Positions 10,809 to 17,912 of a DNA stretch of 64,000 nucleotides are shown piece by piece. The stretch comes from Nannocystis bainbridge (lineage in GTDB: Bacteria; Myxococcota_A; Polyangia; Nannocystales; Nannocystaceae): assembly GCF_028368995.1 (NCBI RefSeq), contig NZ_JAQNDL010000001.1:4192001-4256000 (forward strand), in the 5' to 3' direction. Below the pieces are notes generated by a model that did no database searches, had not been told where the DNA came from, and saw only the letters and a list, made by a program, of their open reading frames with translations. Positions within the stretch are counted from its first letter, which is position 1. Every line of letters begins with the position of its first letter. The translations under genes and the position numbers were made by a program.

Positions 10809-11282
10809 GTGAAGACCAACGCCGCCAGGATCCTCGACAACCTCGGCATCGACTACGAGCTCCGCCCGTACCCCGTCGATGCCGAGCACCTCAAGGCGGC
10901 CGAGGTCGCGGCTCTGGTCGGCCTGCCGCCCGAGCAGGTGTTCAAGACGCTCATCGCCCGCGGCGACCGCAACGGGGTGTGCCTCGCGGTCGTGCCGGGC
11001 GACGGCCACCTCGACCTCAAGGCGCTCGCGCGCGCCAGCGGCGACCGACGCATCGAGCTGGTCGCCCTGCGCGAGGTGACGCCGCTGACCGGCTACGTGC
11101 GCGGCGGCGTCACGGCCCTGGCCGGCAAGAAGGACTACCCGGTGTACCTCGACGAGACGGCGATCCTGTTCGAGCAGATCGCCGTGTCGGCGGGCACGCG
11201 CGGGCTTCAGATCGTGCTGCACCCCGACGGCTACGTGCGCGCGACCCGGGCCACGCTCTGTCCGCTCGTACAGGCCCCTTGA
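10809..11282 (+). CDS. ybaK: Cys-tRNA(Pro) deacylase
   Basis: MKTNAARILD, VFKTL, LDLKALA, TGYVRGG, SAGTRGLQI motifs. Confidence 0.92.
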   Translation: MKTNAARILDNLGIDYELRPYPVDAEHLKAAEVAALVGLPPEQVFKTLIARGDRNGVCLAVVPGDGHLDLKALARASGDRRIELVALREVTPLTGYVRGGVTALAGKKDYPVYLDETAILFEQIAVSAGTRGLQIVLHPDGYVRATRATLCPLVQAP

Positions 11283-11337
11283 GACATGCTCAAGAGGACA
11301 TGCCCGATCGGGCATGTCCGTCCGACCAGGCTCAATC
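11254..11337. repeat. 14-bp-phase array (6 units) spanning ybaK end and convergent gap
   Basis: cgctctgtccgctc|gtacaggccccttg|agacatgctcaaga|ggacatgcccgatc|gggcatgtccgtcc|gaccaggctcaatc. Confidence 0.85.
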
Positions 11338-12909
11338 GTCGAGCGCGCCGGCCTCGATCCACGCGCGCAGCTTGGCGACCAGCGGATCGGGCAGCAGCGT
11401 CGGGGCGTTGAACGGCATGTGCCGCACGACCGCGCCCTCGCCGTTCTGCGGCTCGCACTCGGCGACCAGCCGGTACAGCCAGCTCGCCTGCGGGTCGCCG
11501 GGGGTGACGAGCGCGTCGGGCGTGTCGGCGGCGACGTCGTGGTTGAGGAGGCGGTCGGCCAGGCCGTCCGCGGTCTGCAGGTCGAGGCCGGCCGCCGGCG
11601 CGCCGTCGTCGTGGCACGACGAGAAGGTGCAGCTCGGGGTGAAGATCGAGTCGCGCACGCTGGTCAGCGTGACCGGTGCATCGGGCGCGGCCGTCGGCGC
11701 GCTGTCGAAGCAGCTCTTGGTCGGCTCGAGGTCGACGTCGCCCGGGTCGGCCGGCGGCACGTAGAGCGGCCGGGCGAGCTCCTCCGGCGCCGGCGGGCCC
11801 TGGGCCGGGTTCTTGAACAGGGCGTAGTTGTCGCACTCGGCCTCGTGCATCACCTTGCCGTCGTCGACGCCGACCAGCTGCGAGTTCTGGCTGACGCGCG
11901 ACTCGATCATCACCCGGGCGTCGATGAGCCCGAGCATCATGCACATCTCCTGGTCGCCGATGCCGTAGCCGACCTCCTTGTTGAGCCAGTTGTTGAAGCC
12001 GCAGGAGAAGCGCAGGCCGTCGGCGTCGGAGAGGTCGACCGGCGGGTCGAACGCGGCCCCGTTGGCGCCGCCGTTGAAGCCGTCGAGCTGGAACAGGACC
12101 TCGCCGTCGCGCGAACCACCCATCACCTGCAGGCCGAAGAACTCGCCGAGGTAGTGGTAGTGCGGCAGCACGTAGTAGAGCTTGACGTCGAGCGGCTTGC
12201 CGGTCGCCTTCTCGACGTCGTGGCGGAACGAGCAGTTGCCGGTGAAGCGGCTGTGCTTGCCCGCGGGGATCGCCAGGTCGCGGTAGTCGAGGTGCATCGC
12301 CGCGAGCACGGCCTCGATGTCGCGCGGGTGGATGATGTCGAGCGCCATGCGCAGCTCGGAGTCGAGGTCGGTGCTGCCGAGGTTGAGCAGGTGGACGCCG
12401 GCGACGATCTTGTGCCGCGCGGGGATCTTGATGACCGCGCCCGCCGGCAGTTGCATGGCCTCCTGGCGCGACTGGGTCGACTGGGCGAACAGCACCGTGC
12501 CCTCGACCGCGGCGGTGATCTCGTTGTACTCGCGCGAGCTGCAGTCCCAGAACCCGTCCTCGCCGGCGAACACCTCCTCCGGCACCGCGAACCAGTTGCT
12601 GTGGTGAAACCCGCCGTCGTTGACCAGCGTCACCGCGTTGACGTAGATCGGCTCGTCGTTGTGCAGCGTCCACTGCACGCACGGCTCGATCTCGAGGTAC
12701 GGCGTCATCAAGTAGTTGCCGAAGCTGTGGACCACCGAGGCGACCTCGGTCCCGGGCTCGCCGGTGGTCGGCGCGGTCGTGGCGGAAGCCCCGGTCGTCG
12801 CGGCCTCGGTGGTGGCGACGCCGGTGGTCGTGCCCTCGCTGTCCGAAGAGCCAGATCCGGGGCAGGCGCACGCGAGGGCGAGGACGGAGACGAGCGAGCG
12901 ATGGGCCAT
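11332..12909 (-). CDS. Lipoprotein: copper type II (PHM/DBH-like) monooxygenase domain plus C-terminal cytochrome c-like domain (paralog 1)
   Basis: Lipobox LALAC; FHHSN, GVHLLN, LPHYHYLG, QEMC copper-ligand pattern; CTFSSCH...MP...WIEAGA heme c-like domain. Confidence 0.7.
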   Translation of the reverse strand: MAHRSLVSVLALACACPGSGSSDSEGTTTGVATTEAATTGASATTAPTTGEPGTEVASVVHSFGNYLMTPYLEIEPCVQWTLHNDEPIYVNAVTLVNDGGFHHSNWFAVPEEVFAGEDGFWDCSSREYNEITAAVEGTVLFAQSTQSRQEAMQLPAGAVIKIPARHKIVAGVHLLNLGSTDLDSELRMALDIIHPRDIEAVLAAMHLDYRDLAIPAGKHSRFTGNCSFRHDVEKATGKPLDVKLYYVLPHYHYLGEFFGLQVMGGSRDGEVLFQLDGFNGGANGAAFDPPVDLSDADGLRFSCGFNNWLNKEVGYGIGDQEMCMMLGLIDARVMIESRVSQNSQLVGVDDGKVMHEAECDNYALFKNPAQGPPAPEELARPLYVPPADPGDVDLEPTKSCFDSAPTAAPDAPVTLTSVRDSIFTPSCTFSSCHDDGAPAAGLDLQTADGLADRLLNHDVAADTPDALVTPGDPQASWLYRLVAECEPQNGEGAVVRHMPFNAPTLLPDPLVAKLRAWIEAGALDD

Positions 12910-12917
12910 GGCGTTAC

Positions 12918-14462
12918 TCAATTATTCTCGGCGCCGGCGTTGATCCACGCGCGGATCAGCGCGACGGTGCCGTCGGTCAGCAGGGTGGGCGCGTTGTAGG
13001 GCATGTGGCGGACGGCCCGGCCGTCGCTGTCGGTCGGGTCACAGCGCGAGACGATCTGGTACAGCCAGCTGCCCTCGGCGTCGCCGGGCGCGACCAGCGG
13101 GGCCTCGACGCGGGCCGCGACTTTGTGCGCGAGCAAGCGCTCGTGGAGCCCCGGCGACTGCAAATCGAGGCCCGCGGCCGGCTGCTTGGCGTCGTGGCAC
13201 GACGAGAACACGCAGCCCGGGGCGAAGATGGCGCTGTGGAGGCGCTGCAGGCTCGGCGGGCCCTTCGCGGGCACCGTCGCGTCGGCGTCGACGCACTGCT
13301 TCTGCGGCTCGAGGTCGACGTCGCCGGGGTCGCCCGGCGGGACGTACAGCGGCGCGGCCTGCTCCTCGGCGGTCGGCTCGGTCTGGGCGCCGTTCTCGGG
13401 GAAGGCGAGCACCTGGCACGGGCCCTCGTGGAGCAGCACGTCGCCCTCGACGCCGACCGGCTTCGAGCCGGTGAGCACGCTGATGTCCATGATCGCCCGG
13501 CTGTCGGCGAGGCCGAGCATGACGCACATCTCCTGGTCGCCGATGCCCCAGCCGATCGGGACGTCGCGCCAGTTGTCGAAGCCGCACGAGAAGCGCAGGC
13601 CCTCGCTGCCGCCGAGGTCGAGCGGCGGGTCGAACGCTTTGCCGCCGGCGTCGGCGTTGAAGCCGGTCTTCTCGAACACGACCCGGCTGTCGCCGTCGGC
13701 GTCGAACGTCTCGAGGCGGAAGTAGTCGCCGAGGTAATGGGTGTGCGGCAGGACGTGGTAGAGCTTGAGGTCGAACTCGCCGGCGACGGCGCCGAGGTAG
13801 GGCCCACGCAGCTTGCAGGCGCCGGTGAAGCGGCTGCGGCGCTCGGGCGGGATCTCGAGGTCGAAGTAGGACAGGCGGAACGGCGCGACCAGGACCTCGA
13901 CGTCGCGCGGGTGGATGATGTCGAGGGCCATGCGCAGCTCGGTCTCGACGGCGACGCTGGCGAGGTTGAGGAGGTGGACGCCGGCGATGATCTTGTGCCG
14001 CGGGGGGATCTTGATGACGACGCCCGGGGGCAGCTGCTGGACTTCGCTGCGCGACTGGGTCGACTGGGCGAACACGACGGTGCCCGAGAGCGCGGCGTCG
14101 AGCTCGGTGTAGCCGCGGTCGGAGCAGCGGAAGAAACCATCTTCACCGGCGAATTTGTCCTCGGGGACCGTCAGCCAGTTGCTGTGGTGGAAGCCGCCGT
14201 CGTTGACCATGGTGACGGCGTTGACGTAGAGCGGCTGGTCGTTGTGGAGCGTCCACTGCACGCACGGCTCGGTCTCCTCGAAGGGGGCGAGGGTCGTCAG
14301 GCCGAAGGTGTGCACCAGCGTGGCCCGCGAGCCGTCGTCGGGCGCGCCCGTGCTGGTGCCGCTGGTGGCCTCGGTCGCGGCCGGGTTCTCGGATGTCCGA
14401 CAGGACAGGTTCGCAGCGACGAACCCCGCCGCGGCCGTGCGCGCCAGCGCATGCATGTACAT
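12918..14462 (-). CDS. Lipoprotein: copper type II monooxygenase-like domain plus cytochrome c-like domain (paralog 2)
   Basis: NLSC lipobox-like; FHHSN, GVHLLN, LPHTHYLG, QEMC; CVFSSCH...MP...WINAGA; collinear with paralog 1. Confidence 0.7.
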   Translation of the reverse strand: MYMHALARTAAAGFVAANLSCRTSENPAATEATSGTSTGAPDDGSRATLVHTFGLTTLAPFEETEPCVQWTLHNDQPLYVNAVTMVNDGGFHHSNWLTVPEDKFAGEDGFFRCSDRGYTELDAALSGTVVFAQSTQSRSEVQQLPPGVVIKIPPRHKIIAGVHLLNLASVAVETELRMALDIIHPRDVEVLVAPFRLSYFDLEIPPERRSRFTGACKLRGPYLGAVAGEFDLKLYHVLPHTHYLGDYFRLETFDADGDSRVVFEKTGFNADAGGKAFDPPLDLGGSEGLRFSCGFDNWRDVPIGWGIGDQEMCVMLGLADSRAIMDISVLTGSKPVGVEGDVLLHEGPCQVLAFPENGAQTEPTAEEQAAPLYVPPGDPGDVDLEPQKQCVDADATVPAKGPPSLQRLHSAIFAPGCVFSSCHDAKQPAAGLDLQSPGLHERLLAHKVAARVEAPLVAPGDAEGSWLYQIVSRCDPTDSDGRAVRHMPYNAPTLLTDGTVALIRAWINAGAENN

Positions 14463-14521
14463 CGCCTCCGAGGCCGGCCACGGCCGCCCCACCTCAAATT
14501 ATCATCGCCCCCGCCGCCTCG

Positions 14522-14947
14522 CTACGAAGACCTGCGGGCGCCCGCCTGCGCCGCCAACACCGCGTCGATCGCTGCCTCCAGGCGCGGCACCACCAGCGCC
14601 TCGAAGCGGGCCTGCACCGCGGGCTCGCCGAAGCACCAGTAGGCCACCAGGGCCTCGAGGCCGGTCGCCGCGCGGTAAGCCCGCACGTCCCGTACGCCGC
14701 GTCCGGAGGCCTTCAGATTGACGTTACGCCCGCGCCGCACGACGCCGGCCTCGTCCGCGTCGAGCTCGGACTCGATGGCCGCGAGCAGCTCGGCCTGGGC
14801 CTCGGCGCAGACGATGCGGGCCTTCATGGCGTGGAGCCGGTCGGTCGGATAGTCGCCGCGCCGCGCCAGCCGGAGCCGAACCTCTCGCTCGAACTCGGCG
14901 TCGCCGAGCCAGGCGAGGGTCCGGATCGATCTGCCCCGCAGGTCCAT
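14522..14947 (-). CDS. mrnC: Mini-ribonuclease III
   Basis: LAWLGDA, AEAQA, RRGRN, YRAATGLEALVAY: RNase III catalytic domain without dsRBD. Confidence 0.8.
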   Translation of the reverse strand: MDLRGRSIRTLAWLGDAEFEREVRLRLARRGDYPTDRLHAMKARIVCAEAQAELLAAIESELDADEAGVVRRGRNVNLKASGRGVRDVRAYRAATGLEALVAYWCFGEPAVQARFEALVVPRLEAAIDAVLAAQAGARRSS

Positions 14948-15060
14948 GATGCGGCGCAGGATAGTCCAGCACCGCGCACGTCCGCGCGTGAGCCGGTGCA
15001 CGCGCGCCCGGCAGGTCGGCGTCGGTGCCGCTGCCGTCCGGCGCTATGCTCCCGCGGTCC

Positions 15061-16317
15061 ATGGCCGAGCGCCCCCGCTTTTCCTCCCGCTATCTGGCGT
15101 ACGCGCTCGCGGTCGTGTTCTTCGCCAACTTCCTCAACTACGCCGACCGTCAGGTGGTGAGCGCGCTCGAGGTCGAGATCAAGAGCGCCTTCGCCATGAC
15201 CAAGGCGGAGTTCGGCATGCTGTGGTCGGCCTTCACGCTCGGCTACATGGTGTTCGCGCCGCTGATCGGCTACTGGGCCGGGCGCTACCGCCGGACCATG
15301 ATCTTCGCCGCGTGCGTGTTCATCTGGTCGCTGGCGACGATCGGCTCGGGCATGGCGACCGGCAAGACCGGGCTGTTCGTGTCGCGCTTCTTGATCGGCG
15401 TCGGCGAGGCCGGCTGCCTGGTCATCGGCCCGACGCTGGTCGCGGATTACTTCTCCGACCAGGTCCGCGGCCGCGCGCTGGCGCTGTTCTTCCTCGGCAT
15501 GCCGCTCGGCGGGACCGCCGGTTACCTGATCGGCGGGCTCGTCACCCACTACTCCGGCAGCTGGCAGAACGCGTTTTACGTGGCCGGCGCGCCCGGGCTG
15601 GTGGTCGCGGTCCTGATCGCGCTGCTGGCCGAGCCGCCCCGCCCCGGGTCCTCGGGGACAGGTCCCGAAGAACATGTCCAGGGGGCCAGGTCGTACCTGG
15701 CCCTGCTGCGCAACAAGACGCTGATGCTGATCATCCTCGCGCAGGCGTTCGCGGTGATGATCCTGGTGCCGGTCCTCCACTACAGCATCGAGTTCTTCCA
15801 GAAGGAGCGCGGCATGACCAAGGTCGAGGCCTCGCTGGCGCTCGGGGTGATCGGCCTGGTCGGCGGCCTCATCGGCTCGGGCCTGGCCGGCCTGCTCGGC
15901 GACCGCCTGGCCCGCCGCAGCCGCGGGGCCTACGCGCTGCTGGCCGGCATCGCCTACGCGCTGGCGCTGCCGGCCTTCTTCATCGGCTTCTCCGTGGAGA
16001 GCCGGGCGATCTTCCTGCCGGCCCTGGGCGTCGGCGCGACCTGCCTGTTCGTCTGCATGCCCGCGGTCAACACCCAGATCGCCAACGTCGTGCCCGGCGC
16101 GCAGCGAGCGATGGCCTACGCGCTGGCGGTGTTCATCCTCCACTTCCTCGGCGACATGGCGGCCCCGCCGCTGTTCGGCCAGGTCGCCGACGTGTACGGC
16201 GCGCAGCAGACGTTCCTCGTCACGTCGTCGACGCTGATCCTCGCGGCGGCGTGCTGCTTCCTCGCGGTGCGCACCGCCGAGAAGGACATCAAGAAGTTCG
16301 TCGAAGGCCAGCCGTAG
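15061..16317 (+). CDS. MFS transporter (spinster-like)
   Basis: NFLNYADRQ, RFLIGVGEA, ADYF...RGRALA, HFLGD; about 12 TM segments. Confidence 0.9.
   Translation: MAERPRFSSRYLAYALAVVFFANFLNYADRQVVSALEVEIKSAFAMTKAEFGMLWSAFTLGYMVFAPLIGYWAGRYRRTMIFAACVFIWSLATIGSGMATGKTGLFVSRFLIGVGEAGCLVIGPTLVADYFSDQVRGRALALFFLGMPLGGTAGYLIGGLVTHYSGSWQNAFYVAGAPGLVVAVLIALLAEPPRPGSSGTGPEEHVQGARSYLALLRNKTLMLIILAQAFAVMILVPVLHYSIEFFQKERGMTKVEASLALGVIGLVGGLIGSGLAGLLGDRLARRSRGAYALLAGIAYALALPAFFIGFSVESRAIFLPALGVGATCLFVCMPAVNTQIANVVPGAQRAMAYALAVFILHFLGDMAAPPLFGQVADVYGAQQTFLVTSSTLILAAACCFLAVRTAEKDIKKFVEGQP
15642..15697. repeat. In-frame 14-bp-phase cluster (4 units) in MFS central loop
   Basis: ccccgggtcctcgg|ggacaggtcccgaa|gaacatgtccaggg|ggccaggtcgtacc; encodes GSSGTGPEEHVQGARS. 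Confidence 0.85.
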
Positions 16318-16340
16318 CGCGGGCCGCGGAGACTTCGCTG

Positions 16341-16372
16341 CCCACAAGGACATGTCCATATGTCCTTGTGGG
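16341..16372. terminator. 13-bp perfect hairpin containing GGACATGTCC between convergent genes
   Basis: cccacaaggacat-gtccat-atgtccttgtggg; no U-tract, so termination function is uncertain. Confidence 0.5.
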
Positions 16373-16545
16373 CCTCGGGCCGGGCGTGGGCGCTGGACTG
16401 GCTCCTGCGCCCGCACGGGCCCCCGCAGTGTCCGTCCCTCGGCTATCTACTTCGCGCGGTCTGCTGCGCGTCTCTCGAGGCTAGCGACCACGCGTGGCCG
16501 CGACAAGGTGTCGCCGGACCTCACGTGGCCTTTGCGACAGCCGAC

Positions 16546-17898
16546 CTATCCGTCGTAGCTCTCGTCACCGATGGTGGCTTTGAGCGCACCCGTCGCGGCG
16601 TCGTACACCTCGACGGAGCTCATGCGCACCAGGAAGACATGGTTCGCCGTGGCCTCGATGCCGCGCAACCAGTCGACCGCGAAGATGCTGCGGAGCTTGT
16701 TGTCCCACAGGCGATCGCCGGTTTTGGCGTCGAAGCCGACGAGGTGCCAGTGTTCGGAGCCCTCGCCGTAGGTGGCGAAGTAGCGGCCCCCGGCCATGAT
16801 GTCCTGCTCGTTGTCGCGCTCGCGCACCGAGGCGAGGTCGACCGCGGGCACGGGGCTCTTCCAGCGGACGGCGCGGTTGGCCGGGTCGAAGCCGAACGCC
16901 ATCGGGTAGGCGGTGCCCGGCGACTTGACGCCGCGCGCGACCCCGAGGTCGTCGCCCAGGTGCACGCCGGAGACCTCGATGCCCTCGACCTTGGGCGCGC
17001 GACGCAGCCGCTCGCTGGTCGTCAGCGCCGGGTCGCCGCCGCGCGGGCTCCACCCGCCCTGCTTGTCGCACGAGCCCGGCAGCTTCTCGTCCTTGAGGGC
17101 CGGCGTGGCCGGGTCGACCAGGAACTGGCGGCGGTCGACCAGCGCGAGGTAGAGCCGCGGCTTCTCACCTGTCTTTTCGGCCAGGCAGAAACGATCGGCG
17201 CGATCGGTCAGCGCGATGTCCTGCACCGGCTTGCCGTCGGCGAGCTCGTACACCTTGAGCTTGCCGCGGAAGTCGGTCATGAGCAGCCGCTCGTCGACGA
17301 CGCTGAAGAAGGTCGCGCGGTAGGCCTCGCCGTAGCTGCCGAACGGGCCGACGCGGTAGCGCAGGGCCCCGGTCTCGGCCGCGAACACGCCGACGTGGAG
17401 TTGGTCGTCGGGGCGCACGCGCAGGCGGCCGATCACGTGCTCCTTGCCGTCGATGGGCACGACGATCGCCCGGCCGCCGACCTCGTCCCACATGAAGTCG
17501 GCCGTGTTGCGCATCGGGTCGGCCTTGACCGGCGGACCGCCGACCGTCGGCGCCTCGGCGGGCGCGCTCGGGGTGCCCGGCACGAGCGCCTGCAGATACG
17601 GGGTCGAGGTCGCGGGCGCCATCATCAGGTACCCGGCGGCGCCGCCGATCGCCACCATCGTCGCCACGCCGGTGACCAGCGCGCCCACGACCTTGGGCTG
17701 CGCGCCGGCGTGGACGTTGTGCGGCCGCACGGCCTGGATGTTGGGCAGCGCGCCGGCCTGGGCGTTGTGCGGCTGCACGACGGTGGCGCGCGGCAGCTGG
17801 AAGGAGGCGCCGCAGTACTGGCAGCGAGCGCTGCGCTTGCTGTCGTCGGGCTGCAGCTTGGCGCCGCAGTTGGGGCAGTCGAGGCTGATGACGGCCAT
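16546..17898 (-). CDS. Membrane protein: N-terminal zinc ribbon, TM helix, PQQ/BamB-like beta-propeller
   Basis: CPNC...CQYC; TM segment; repeats such as GFDAKTGDRLW and YDAATGALKA. Confidence 0.7.
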   Translation of the reverse strand: MAVISLDCPNCGAKLQPDDSKRSARCQYCGASFQLPRATVVQPHNAQAGALPNIQAVRPHNVHAGAQPKVVGALVTGVATMVAIGGAAGYLMMAPATSTPYLQALVPGTPSAPAEAPTVGGPPVKADPMRNTADFMWDEVGGRAIVVPIDGKEHVIGRLRVRPDDQLHVGVFAAETGALRYRVGPFGSYGEAYRATFFSVVDERLLMTDFRGKLKVYELADGKPVQDIALTDRADRFCLAEKTGEKPRLYLALVDRRQFLVDPATPALKDEKLPGSCDKQGGWSPRGGDPALTTSERLRRAPKVEGIEVSGVHLGDDLGVARGVKSPGTAYPMAFGFDPANRAVRWKSPVPAVDLASVRERDNEQDIMAGGRYFATYGEGSEHWHLVGFDAKTGDRLWDNKLRSIFAVDWLRGIEATANHVFLVRMSSVEVYDAATGALKATIGDESYDG

Positions 17899-17912
17899 GC
17901 GCAGGGACGGTA

